A stretch of 36,846 nt of DNA, from the NCBI GenBank assembly GCA_964481435.1, contig CAYZTH010000002.1:1-36846 (forward strand), written 5' to 3'. Below the pieces are notes generated by a model. It searched no databases. It saw only the letters and a program-made list of their open reading frames with translations, and had not been told where the DNA came from. This document shows, piece after piece, positions 8,236 to 16,893 of the stretch. The translations under genes were made by a program, and so were the position numbers. Position 1 is the stretch's first letter; each line of letters starts with the position of its first letter. Source of the DNA: Candidatus Woesearchaeota archaeon (GTDB lineage: Archaea; Nanobdellota; Nanobdellia; Pacearchaeales; UBA284).

Positions 8236-8904
8236 ATGGCAAAAGTAAAAAAACAAGTTAAAGAACCAAGGAAGGAAGAAAAAGCAAAGAGACACTTAAA
8301 GATCCTTGCTATCGGAGACTTGCACGGAGACACTAGGCAGGTTGAAAAGCTTGCTGAGAGAGCAATCAAAGAGAAAGTTGATTTTGTTGTGATATCTGGA
8401 GACTTAACTAATCCAGACCAGGCAACAGACTATCTTGTCGGACCTTTTGCAAAGAGGCATGTAAGGGTCTTACTTATTCCGGGAAATCATGATTTACTTG
8501 CAACAACAAATTTTCTGGAGTCAGCATACAAGCCAGATGTAATGAACATTCATGGCAAAGGAATTCAATCCCATCATATCGGAATCTTTGGGGCGGGTGG
8601 AGCGAATATAGGGCTTTTTCAGCTAAAAGATAAAGAGATGTACGATACTCTAAGAAAAGGTTTTGATCAAGTTCATGGCGCTGATAAAAAGATAATGGTA
8701 ACACATGTTCATCCTTCTAACACTTTAATGGAGAAGCTTACAACAATCTTCCCTGGCTCAGACGCCATAAGGAAGGCTATTGAGAAATTCCAACCAGATA
8801 TTGCAATATGCTCCCACGTCCATGAAGCAGAGGGCATAGAAGAGAGGATAGGGAAAACAAGAGTAATTAATGTTGGAAAGAAAGGGAAAATAATCGAAAT
8901 CTAA
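8236..8904 (+). CDS. metallophosphoesterase (calcineurin-like)
   Basis: Motifs AIGDLHGD, VISGDLTN, PGNHD, VTHVHP and CSHVHE. The ATG at 8236 lies 20 nt after TATA-like TTTTAAAT (8209-8216). The ORF track offers an alternative ATG at 8221. Confidence 0.85.
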   Translation: MAKVKKQVKEPRKEEKAKRHLKILAIGDLHGDTRQVEKLAERAIKEKVDFVVISGDLTNPDQATDYLVGPFAKRHVRVLLIPGNHDLLATTNFLESAYKPDVMNIHGKGIQSHHIGIFGAGGANIGLFQLKDKEMYDTLRKGFDQVHGADKKIMVTHVHPSNTLMEKLTTIFPGSDAIRKAIEKFQPDIAICSHVHEAEGIEERIGKTRVINVGKKGKIIEI

Positions 8905-8907
8905 TAG

Positions 8908-8942
8908 AGCAATCTTTGCCGAAGCACAAAAATAACCTTGCT
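8908..8942 (-). repeat. bulged intergenic hairpin element, copy 1 (minus orientation)
   Basis: The minus strand reads AGCAA-GGTTATTTTTG-TGC-TTCG-GCA-AAGA-TTGCT, i.e. outer stem, 5' bulge ending TTTG, and a TGC/GCA inner hairpin. Confidence 0.45.
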
Positions 8943-9000
8943 AAAATTAAAATAAATAAATATAAAATAATTAGAAATAATAAATTAAATATCAAATAAT

Positions 9001-9042
9001 GGCTTTGCAACGTTGTAAAATCTAGGGGATTTTACCAAAGCC
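9001..9042 (+). repeat. bulged intergenic hairpin element, copy 2
   Basis: GGCTTTG-CAACGTT-GTAAAATC-TAGGG-GATTTTAC-CAAAGCC. Perfect 7-bp outer and 8-bp inner stems. Confidence 0.5.
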
Positions 9043-9086
9043 CATACAGTTTATTTAAACTTACATAAAAACACGATAACATTAAC

Positions 9087-9530
9087 ATGCCAAATCCAAA
9101 ACAGACGGATAAGATTTATAGTATTGTTGCATCTGGACCAGTAATCATCAAAGACAATAAAGTCATGCTGGTTGTTCTTGATGATAAAGATCCATTTCTA
9201 AAATTTCCAGGTGGAAAAGTCTTTGAGGGCAAAACACTGAAAGAATCGTGTTTGATTGAAACTAAGATGGAGATTTGCTGTGAAATTGAAATAATCAGGG
9301 AGCTTGAACCAATGATGTTATGGAAGAAGCCACATACTGGCGAGGATATCGCTGTTGTTTTGATTCATTGGTTAGCGAAGCTCAAGGAAGGCCAGATTCC
9401 TAAGAAAGGAAAACATACAAAAGAGATTTTATGGATTGATTCTAATAAAGAAACATGGAAAGGATATGAACTTGGACCAAATGTCAAATATTTTCTAGAG
9501 AAGCTGAAGAAAGAGGGGATAATCAAATAA
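9087..9530 (+). CDS. Nudix-fold protein with degenerate Nudix box
   Basis: FPGGKVFEGKTLKESCLIETKMEICCEIE aligns by eye with GGx5Ex7REUxEExGU, but several catalytic positions are replaced. Confidence 0.5.
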   Translation: MPNPKQTDKIYSIVASGPVIIKDNKVMLVVLDDKDPFLKFPGGKVFEGKTLKESCLIETKMEICCEIEIIRELEPMMLWKKPHTGEDIAVVLIHWLAKLKEGQIPKKGKHTKEILWIDSNKETWKGYELGPNVKYFLEKLKKEGIIK

Positions 9531-9542
9531 ATAATATTCAAA

Positions 9543-10202
9543 ATGGAAACTTTCGCACAGAGTTTTGAAAGATTACCCCAAATAAGAGCGGGAATAGGGT
9601 TGTACCAAGAACCAAATCACGGCCTTTATGATGTTTACGATCATACGATGCAAGTTTTTGAAGAAGCAAGAAAGATAGATAGAAGCCTAGGTTTTGGCAT
9701 AGCTGCTCTTTTGCATGATATTGGAAAACCAGACACAGCACGCCCCATGGTAAATGGCGCAGTTCATGAATTAAATCCTTTGGGAAAATCTTATAATACT
9801 TTTAAAAAACATGAAGAAGTTGGACAGGGAATAGTAGAAAGACTGAATCCACGCTTATTCACCGCAGATAACCTTGATCAAAACCTAATTGCGACACTAG
9901 TCGGATCGCACGGATTGCCACATGAACAAATAAAAGAATTGAGATATTTTTCTAATATTCAACACTGGCCCTGGTTTTTAGAGCAATATCAGACGATGAC
10001 CAGATTAATAAAAAGTAGAGGTATCGACCCAAAACAAATTCTTGATTTATTCTTAGCAGATAAAAGAGGGGGCGGAAATTCCTTCCCAGATCAAGAAGAA
10101 GTCGAGTTGCTAATAAGCACAATTCTAAAAAGCAACCATCCAACTACCTCAGAAATAAGAAGAATATATGATTTACAAAGAGGATTAACTAGAGATTCTT
10201 AA
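9543..10202 (+). CDS. HD-domain phosphohydrolase
   Basis: YDHTMQV ... AALLHDIGKP is the H...HD signature. The 3' end overlaps elp3 convergently. Confidence 0.8.
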   Translation: METFAQSFERLPQIRAGIGLYQEPNHGLYDVYDHTMQVFEEARKIDRSLGFGIAALLHDIGKPDTARPMVNGAVHELNPLGKSYNTFKKHEEVGQGIVERLNPRLFTADNLDQNLIATLVGSHGLPHEQIKELRYFSNIQHWPWFLEQYQTMTRLIKSRGIDPKQILDLFLADKRGGGNSFPDQEEVELLISTILKSNHPTTSEIRRIYDLQRGLTRDS

Positions 10203-11556
10203 CCATGTAATCTCCCTCGAGATGATAACCTAGATTTTTATAGTACTCTCTAACCCCTACGCCTGATATGACCTTAATTGATTTGAGCTTGTTCTTCTTT
10301 GCGATGAGCTCTGCTTCAAGCATAAGCTTTCGACCTAGGCCTTTGTGCTGAGTTTCTTTATCTTCTGCTTTTTTTCCAATTTCTATGGAAGGGCCATAGA
10401 CATGGAGCTCACGAACTAAGAGAATTTTGCTTTTTTCCGAGATTCTTAACCTGATTAATCCGAAGATTATGTCTTGAGAATTAATTATTTCTAGGAAAAA
10501 TTCTTTTCCTTTGCTTGCATCATATTTTATGATGTTAAGTTTGAGATTGGTATTGATTTCTTTAAACTTTTTATCTCGAATTGCAAAACCTATCTCTCTA
10601 CATCTTATACATTTACATATTATCTTGTTCTTTTTCATCTCATCCTGGACAACCTTTCGCAGGTCTATTTCATGAATGCCTGCGACAAGAAAATCAGGTG
10701 GAATCTCTCGCATGACCCGCATTATTCTGCAGTATTTTGGAACTAACTTCTTGAATTCTATCAAGAGCTTTATCAGTTCTTGTTTTGTATAGGGATTATA
10801 CTTGCCCTGTTTCCAGAGTTTCTGAAGTTCGGACCCATAGATGACTTGACAGGGATAGATTTTTAGCTGGTCCGGCCTGAAGGATTCATCTGCAAATATT
10901 TTTTTGAACAAAGAGATATCTTTTTTGAAATCTGTGCCAGGAAGGCCAGGCATAATGTGAAATCCGACTTTAAAGCCGGCTTCTTTCAATCTTTTTGTTG
11001 CTTGAATAACATCTTTGATTGTGTGACCTCGTTTTGTCTTTTTATAAATTACATCATCTAGGGCCTGAACACCTAGCTCAACCCTGGTACAGCCAAATTC
11101 AAGAAGTTTCTTTATGTCTTTATCTGTGCATATGTCTGGTCTTGTCTCTATGCATAGGGCAATACATCTGTGCTCTGCTGTCTCGTTCATCTTCTTTGCC
11201 TGCTCAAGTGTCTTTGAAACTTTGCCATTTAGGGCATCGTAGCATGATTTGACAAAATTGTACTGATAGGCTTTGGGATATGATAAAAATGTTCCGCCCA
11301 TTATGATTAGCTCAATCTTATCTGTTGGATGATTCATGACTTGGAAAGAATTCAATCTTGCTAGAACTTGATTATGGGGATTATAACTGAGGTTAATTGC
11401 TCTGATTATTGCTGGACTTTTAGGAGTATAAGACTGGGGAACATTCAGTGAGGGACAAAAAATACAGGTTCCATGGGGGCAGGGTCTCGGCTTTATGACT
11501 ACAGCTATAGGTGTGACTCCGCTAATTGTTTTTGTGGGCTTTCTTTGAATAATCAT
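10189..11556 (-). CDS. elp3: Elp3-type radical SAM / GNAT tRNA-modification enzyme
   Basis: SGVTPIAVVIKPRPCPHGTCIFCP radical-SAM region, IIMGGTF, and a C-terminal GNAT motif QHKGLGRKLMLEAE. Confidence 0.9.
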   Translation of the reverse strand: MIIQRKPTKTISGVTPIAVVIKPRPCPHGTCIFCPSLNVPQSYTPKSPAIIRAINLSYNPHNQVLARLNSFQVMNHPTDKIELIIMGGTFLSYPKAYQYNFVKSCYDALNGKVSKTLEQAKKMNETAEHRCIALCIETRPDICTDKDIKKLLEFGCTRVELGVQALDDVIYKKTKRGHTIKDVIQATKRLKEAGFKVGFHIMPGLPGTDFKKDISLFKKIFADESFRPDQLKIYPCQVIYGSELQKLWKQGKYNPYTKQELIKLLIEFKKLVPKYCRIMRVMREIPPDFLVAGIHEIDLRKVVQDEMKKNKIICKCIRCREIGFAIRDKKFKEINTNLKLNIIKYDASKGKEFFLEIINSQDIIFGLIRLRISEKSKILLVRELHVYGPSIEIGKKAEDKETQHKGLGRKLMLEAELIAKKNKLKSIKVISGVGVREYYKNLGYHLEGDYMVKNL

Positions 11557-11612
11557 ATTAATAAGAAGACTATTAGATTAAAAAACTTGGCATCTGAATA
11601 GAACTGGAAATT

Positions 11613-12890
11613 TTAGGCTTTCGCCATCTTTGCCCAGATAGCATCACTGATTCTTTTTAATGCTAGGGCGTAGGCTGAGGCCCTCATTGAGATTTTCTCT
11701 TTCTTTGCGAAAGTATAAACCTCACAGTAGGCCCGGTCCATAACCTCTTTCAATCTTGTATTAACTGTATTTTCTGTCCAGGGTTTATTCTGCATGTTTT
11801 GGAGCCATTCAAAATAAGAAACAACAACTCCGCCAGCATTTGCTAGAACATCTGGAATGATGAAGATGCCTTTTTTCTCTAAATAATCAGAAGCCTCTTT
11901 TGTGGTAGGGCCATTTGCTCCTTCTGCGAGTATCTTTGCCTTGATTTTTTTCATGTTCTTTGAAGTTATCACATCTTCGATTGCACAGGGGCATAGAATC
12001 TCTGAGTCGAGTTCAAAAATCTTGTCTCTATCAAGGGTTTTGATTCCGGTTTCATGATAACCTTTGATTGTCTTATTTTGTTGAGAGTATTGGAGAAGAG
12101 CGTCTACATCGAACCCATCTGATTTGTATAAGCAGAGGGATGAATCTGAGATTGCAACCACTTTTATTCCTGCTCTGAATAAAAATAAAGCGAGATAACT
12201 TCCAACATTTCCAAATCCCTGAACAGAAGCTCTAAGGTCCTCTTTATCTAAGCCAAGATCTTTGATTGCATTCATTATTGTAAAGAAAACCCCCCTACCT
12301 GTTGCCTCTCTTCTTCCTAGAGAGCCTCGCTTTTCAAGAGGCTTGCCAGTTATTACCGCGTAAGTATCTTTTCCTGTGGCTTTGCAGTGTTCGTGTCTGA
12401 ACCACTCCATTATTTTTCCATCTGTATTGACATCGGGAGCAGGAACATCTTTTTTTGAACCAACGCAGTCAGCAATTGCTTTTGAGAATTGTCTTGTTAG
12501 CTTCTCAAGCTCAGATTCTGAAAGCTTTGAGGGATCAACAATTATCCCGCCTTTTCCTCCGCCAAATGGAATTCCGGCTACTGCGGTCTTAATTGACATC
12601 CATAAAGCCAGGGCCTTAACTTCATCAAGAGAAACATTCTTATCATATCTTATGCCGCCTTTGTAGGGGCCTCGGGAGTTATCGTGCTGAACCCTATAAC
12701 CTTTGAAAATCTTAAGCTGTTTATTGTCCATCATAACTGGAACTTTGACTTGAATAACTCTATTTGGCTCAAGGATGTAGTCAATCATGTCTTTATCCAA
12801 GCCAAGTATCTTAGCTGATTCAAGGACTTGTTTGTTTGCTTCTTCAAGAGGATTTATCTCTTTTTCCTTATTTGATTTTTTTGATGACAT
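11613..12890 (-). CDS. gdhA: glutamate dehydrogenase
   Basis: YKGGIRY, PFGGGKGGI catalytic Lys loop, and GFGNVG dinucleotide-binding motif. 425 aa. Confidence 0.95.
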   Translation of the reverse strand: MSSKKSNKEKEINPLEEANKQVLESAKILGLDKDMIDYILEPNRVIQVKVPVMMDNKQLKIFKGYRVQHDNSRGPYKGGIRYDKNVSLDEVKALALWMSIKTAVAGIPFGGGKGGIIVDPSKLSESELEKLTRQFSKAIADCVGSKKDVPAPDVNTDGKIMEWFRHEHCKATGKDTYAVITGKPLEKRGSLGRREATGRGVFFTIMNAIKDLGLDKEDLRASVQGFGNVGSYLALFLFRAGIKVVAISDSSLCLYKSDGFDVDALLQYSQQNKTIKGYHETGIKTLDRDKIFELDSEILCPCAIEDVITSKNMKKIKAKILAEGANGPTTKEASDYLEKKGIFIIPDVLANAGGVVVSYFEWLQNMQNKPWTENTVNTRLKEVMDRAYCEVYTFAKKEKISMRASAYALALKRISDAIWAKMAKA

Positions 12891-12923
12891 TTTATTAATT
12901 TTGATGTAATTTGTTTATTTTTG

Positions 12924-12955
12924 GCAAGAAACCTTTTGTGTTGAGGCACTCTTGC
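12924..12955 (+). repeat. bulged intergenic hairpin element, copy 3
   Basis: GCAAGA-AACCTTTT-GTGT-TGAG-GCAC-TCTTGC. About 24/32 nt identical to copy 4 by hand alignment. Confidence 0.45.
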
Positions 12956-13042
12956 TTAACCTTATGCGCTTTTGTTAAACGTGATTAATCTTCATAACTT
13001 GAATATTTAAAAACTTAATTGATGTAGAAAACATAGGTTAAA

Positions 13043-13651
13043 ATGACAAAAATAATGAGCAAAGCAGAGAGATTGAACAAAGCCCTGGAACTTGGACTGC
13101 CTGTTCCTAATTTTGAGGTTGTCAAAAATTTTGAAGATATAAAATGGGCCGGAGAAAAAGAGGCCTATTGCGGCTGGACAATCAGAACTTCTCTAGATGA
13201 AGGTAGGGGTTTTTCCCTCCCATTTGCTCCAGAAATAAGCAAAGAGGAAATAAAGAAAAAGATTCCTGAATTCAAGGAGAAACTTGGCGCTTTGAGTGAG
13301 AGAGCCAATTTTATTATCTACCCTGCCTGGAAATTCAAGAGAACAGGAAATACAGTGGTTAGTGGAAATAAGATTATTATTGAAGGCGTAAGAGATACAT
13401 TATTTCCTGAGAAGCCTGTTCCTGATGTGCATTATACTTTCATAAAGAGAGGAAATAGTTTGCCCATACTGGAGAAGTTTAAAGGAGACAAGGAACTTCT
13501 TAATCAGAAAGAACTCTTGATGCTTTTGGATACTGCAAAAAAGGTCAAAATGGATGGTGTTTTGATTGAATGGTTTTTCGATGAAAAAAAGAATTTCCAT
13601 GTCTATGATCTTGTTCCATTTAAAGAAGGAAAACGCGAGGATGCGGATTAA
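13043..13651 (+). CDS. hypothetical protein
   Basis: 202-aa ORF. The N-terminal LGLPVPNFEVV is reminiscent of ATP-grasp / PEP-utilising N-termini, but this is not diagnostic. It overlaps the next gene by 11 nt. Confidence 0.5.
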   Translation: MTKIMSKAERLNKALELGLPVPNFEVVKNFEDIKWAGEKEAYCGWTIRTSLDEGRGFSLPFAPEISKEEIKKKIPEFKEKLGALSERANFIIYPAWKFKRTGNTVVSGNKIIIEGVRDTLFPEKPVPDVHYTFIKRGNSLPILEKFKGDKELLNQKELLMLLDTAKKVKMDGVLIEWFFDEKKNFHVYDLVPFKEGKREDAD

Positions 13652-14315
13652 AATGAAAGAAATAAAAACTAAAGTTGAAAGTGAGATTCCTAACCAAGAG
13701 CAAGTCTGGGATGAGATTGCACCTAACTGGAAAGAAGTCAGGCAAGTCCCGATTAAAGAGGCTGTTGATTTTCTAAAAGATGCTGAAGGAAATATTCTTG
13801 ATTTGGGGTGTGGAAGCGGGAGAAACTTTGTAAAATCAAAAGGCACAATTTATGGAGTAGATTTTTCTAAAAGAATGTTGACCTATGCTAAATTAAATGC
13901 AAAAAAGAAAGACATCAAAGCAATTTTGATAAAAACAGAAGGACATAAACTTCCTTTTGAGGATAATTTTTTTGATAGAGCAATTTTTATTGCCACCTTG
14001 CACTGTATTACTTCAAAAGAAAAGAGAGAACAGGCACTGCGAGAATTATTAAGAGTAATGAAACCAAAATCAAGAGCCTTGATAACTGTTTGGAACAAAG
14101 CCCAACCAAAATTTAAGGAAGAAAAGAAAGAGGTGCTGCGCGGTTGGTCGTTCAATGGAGAAAGGTTTGAGAGATATTATTACCTATATGATAAAAAAGA
14201 ACTAGTTAGTTTAGTGAATAAAGTTGGATTTAAAATAATCAAAGTTGTGGACAAAGAGATTCAAGAAAGTCCGACTTTCAAAGGGAATATTTTGGTTTAC
14301 GTTGAGAAGAGTTAA
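13641..14315 (+). CDS. class I SAM-dependent methyltransferase
   Basis: Motif I is ILDLGCGSGRN, post-I is YGVDFS, and LRVMKPKSRALI is also present. The start was chosen at ATG 13641; alternatives are 13653 and the track's 13566. Confidence 0.85.
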   Translation: MRIKMKEIKTKVESEIPNQEQVWDEIAPNWKEVRQVPIKEAVDFLKDAEGNILDLGCGSGRNFVKSKGTIYGVDFSKRMLTYAKLNAKKKDIKAILIKTEGHKLPFEDNFFDRAIFIATLHCITSKEKREQALRELLRVMKPKSRALITVWNKAQPKFKEEKKEVLRGWSFNGERFERYYYLYDKKELVSLVNKVGFKIIKVVDKEIQESPTFKGNILVYVEKS

Positions 14316-14325
14316 AAAGAAGGAA

Positions 14326-14646
14326 TCATCCCTTTGTTTCTTGAACTCTAACAACGAGGTCATAACTTCGATATATCCCCGGAATAGGTTCTTCTCGAAG
14401 CACGACCTTATGAAAGATTTCTGAACCCTTTCTAATTTTAGAATGATATGTTAGGGACCAAGGGGAAACCAGGCCGATTTCACTTAGGGCCTCTTCAATA
14501 GATAATGCCCTCATATTTGAACCACCAAGAACTTCTATAGACAATAATGTTGGACTCTCTCTTGGAAGGGCGGCTAATTCATCCATAACTCGATTCCATC
14601 TATTTTCAAGAGAATATGGTCTTGGGGCTGGAACTCGTTCTGGCAT
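14326..14646 (-). CDS. hypothetical protein
   Basis: 106-aa ORF, locally more GC-rich (about 40-47% in the 60-nt lines I counted). No recognisable motif. Confidence 0.45.
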   Translation of the reverse strand: MPERVPAPRPYSLENRWNRVMDELAALPRESPTLLSIEVLGGSNMRALSIEEALSEIGLVSPWSLTYHSKIRKGSEIFHKVVLREEPIPGIYRSYDLVVRVQETKG

Positions 14647-14750
14647 TTTTTATAATTTGATTAAGTTTAATAAATTAGATTCTAACATGGTTTAAAAAGA
14701 TTTCTAATCAACTTAAAAACTTTTAAAAACTTGTTCTTGTTCTATTTTAT

Positions 14751-16547
14751 ATGAAGATTACAAGAAAAGAGCTGATAAGCCAGTACTTGAGTTTTTTCAA
14801 GCTCAAGAAGCATGCAGTAGTCCCTAACGCAAGCCTTATTCCTGAAAATGATCCAACTGTCCTTTTCACAACTGCAGGGATGCATCCCTTAGTTCCTTAT
14901 ATCTTGGGACAGCAACATCCCCTAGGAAAGAGACTTGTTGGTGTTCAGAGATGTATCAGAACAGGCGATATAGAAGAAGTGGGAGATGCATTTCATCATA
15001 CTTTCTTTGAAATGCTAGGAAATTGGGCACTAGGAGATTACTGGAAGTCCGAGGCTATCAAGATGAGTTATGATTTTTTGACAGAAGTTCTTCAGATTCC
15101 CACAGAGAAGTTATCTATTTCATGCTTCAAGGGAGACGATGATGCTCCACGAGATGATGAGAGTGCAAAGATATGGGAGAGCTTAGGAATTGATGAGAAG
15201 AAAATTATTTTTCTTGGAAAAGACAAGAACTGGTGGGGACCAGCTGGAAAGACAGGGCCTTGTGGACCAGATACAGAAATGCATGTCTATGTTGGCCTAG
15301 GTAAACCTAAACCTGGTTCGAATGCTGAAAAAAATGAAAAAGAGTGGTGCGAGATATGGAATGATGTTTTTGTTCAGTATAATAAAACTAAAGATGGAAA
15401 GTTTGAGCATATTGACAGAAAAGTAATAGATACTGGAATGGGTGTTGAGAGGGTCTTAACTGTTCTCAATGGCTTGAAAGATAATTATCTCACTGATATC
15501 TTTCAACCTGCAATAAAAGAGCTTGAAAAGTTGTGTGATAAGCACTATGGCTTTAATCAAGACCACACCAGGATGATGAGAATCATTGTTGATCATATCA
15601 GGGCAGCTGTTTTTATCTTAAATGAGAACACTGTTCCAAGCAATGTTGAACAGGGCTATGTTCTAAGGAGACTAATAAGAAGAGCAATAAGATTCGGCCT
15701 TAGACTTGGAATCGAAGGAAAGCTCTGTAAAAGACTTGCGAAGATATTTATTGATTTCTATAAAGAGGACTATAAAGAATTCAAGAACACTGAGAGCTTT
15801 ATCCTTGAGGAGATTGAAAAAGAAGAAATAAAATTTAAAGAAACACTGGATAAAGGAATCAAAGAATTTGAGAACATTATATCCGAGAGAAAAGCAAGAA
15901 AATTGAGTGGAGAGGACTCATTCTTACTCTATCAGAGCTTTGGATTTCCATTTGAAATCACAAAAGACCTATGTAGTGAGAGAGGAATCAAAATAGATGA
16001 AGATGAATTTAATGAAGAACTTGAGAAGCACCAAAAATTATCGAGACAATCTAGCCAGGGAAAATTCAAATCAGGCTTAGCTGATGATTCAGAAGAAACA
16101 ACAAAACTTCATACTGCAACTCACTTGCTAAATCAAGCACTTAGAGAAGTTCTGCAAGAAGATATTCAGCAACGAGGTTCAAACATAACCCCTGAAAGAC
16201 TAAGGTTTGATTTTAATTTTGAGAGAAAATTAACAGACAAAGAGCTCAAGGAAATTGAAGACATTGTCAATAAGAAGATTTCCGAAGGCATGGATGTCAA
16301 GAGAGAGGAAATGTCTGTTGATGATGCTCTGAAGAAAGGAGCCCAGGCTGTCTTCAAAGAAAGATACGGAGATAAAGTTTCAGTCTATACTATCTGTGAT
16401 AAAGATAAAAAATCAAAACACTTTTCATGCGAGATTTGCGCTGGACCTCATGTCAATAACTTGAAAGAACTAGGACATTTTAGAATTCTTAAAGAGGAAG
16501 CTGTTGCAGCCGGGGTCAGAAGGATTAAGGCTGTGCTTGAGAGCTAG
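14751..16547 (+). CDS. alaS: alanyl-tRNA synthetase, short bacterial-type form
   Basis: NDPTVLFTTAGMHPL, FFEMLGNWALGDYW, DTGMGVERV. Editing-core motifs HTATH (aa 454-458) and CAGPH (aa 563-567). It ends at ...GVRRIKAVLES, so only 598 aa. Confidence 0.9.
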   Translation: MKITRKELISQYLSFFKLKKHAVVPNASLIPENDPTVLFTTAGMHPLVPYILGQQHPLGKRLVGVQRCIRTGDIEEVGDAFHHTFFEMLGNWALGDYWKSEAIKMSYDFLTEVLQIPTEKLSISCFKGDDDAPRDDESAKIWESLGIDEKKIIFLGKDKNWWGPAGKTGPCGPDTEMHVYVGLGKPKPGSNAEKNEKEWCEIWNDVFVQYNKTKDGKFEHIDRKVIDTGMGVERVLTVLNGLKDNYLTDIFQPAIKELEKLCDKHYGFNQDHTRMMRIIVDHIRAAVFILNENTVPSNVEQGYVLRRLIRRAIRFGLRLGIEGKLCKRLAKIFIDFYKEDYKEFKNTESFILEEIEKEEIKFKETLDKGIKEFENIISERKARKLSGEDSFLLYQSFGFPFEITKDLCSERGIKIDEDEFNEELEKHQKLSRQSSQGKFKSGLADDSEETTKLHTATHLLNQALREVLQEDIQQRGSNITPERLRFDFNFERKLTDKELKEIEDIVNKKISEGMDVKREEMSVDDALKKGAQAVFKERYGDKVSVYTICDKDKKSKHFSCEICAGPHVNNLKELGHFRILKEEAVAAGVRRIKAVLES

Positions 16548-16567
16548 AGCATAAAATATTCTTCTTA

Positions 16568-16598
16568 ACAAGACGCGTTTGTGCTGAGGCAGTCTTGT
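16568..16598 (+). repeat. bulged intergenic hairpin element, copy 4
   Basis: ACAAGAC-GCGTTTG-TGC-TGAG-GCA-GTCTTGT. Located 20 nt after the alaS stop. Confidence 0.45.
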
Positions 16599-16600
16599 GT

Positions 16601-16858
16601 TTATTCCTTCTTCTCAATCTTCTCTTTCTTAGTTCTCTTTGGCAAGAACATTGCGAGAATCATGCATGCTAGGAATAGGAATAATAGGGGCCAAGCGACC
16701 CAGGCCGATAAAAGCTTGGCATTATTTGCGATTGTTGTTAAGAATATTAAGACAAGGGAGACAATCATAATAATAGATGAAGAATCTAGGACTAGCTTCT
16801 TCTTTGGCTTATCCTCTTTCTTTTCCTCTTTTTTATCGGGTTTCGTTGGATCTGGCAT
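16601..16858 (-). CDS. small membrane protein (2 TM helices, Lys/Glu-rich termini)
   Basis: 85-aa ORF, preferred over the overlapping + strand ORF 16581..16916. It has clean TM topology and a TATA-like AAGATTTATTAA about 30 nt upstream on the minus strand. Confidence 0.45.
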   Translation of the reverse strand: MPDPTKPDKKEEKKEDKPKKKLVLDSSSIIMIVSLVLIFLTTIANNAKLLSAWVAWPLLFLFLACMILAMFLPKRTKKEKIEKKE

Positions 16859-16893
16859 TTTTAATAAACAGGGTTATGTGTTAATAAATCTTT

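Noticed and set aside
8943-9000. A/T-only low-complexity stretch (AAAATTAAAATAAATAAATATAAAATAATTAGAAATAATAAATTAAATATCAAATAAT) considered as a CRISPR leader or micro-array, or as a replication-origin-like element
   Set aside because: It has no repeat-spacer periodicity, no ORB-like boxes and no cdc6/orc gene nearby. It is most simply a spacer between two hairpin elements.
14751-16547. The short alaS as a truncated pseudogene
   Set aside because: The reading frame is intact. All catalytic and editing-core motifs are present. The ORF ends at a natural domain boundary and has its own upstream A/T-rich promoter region.
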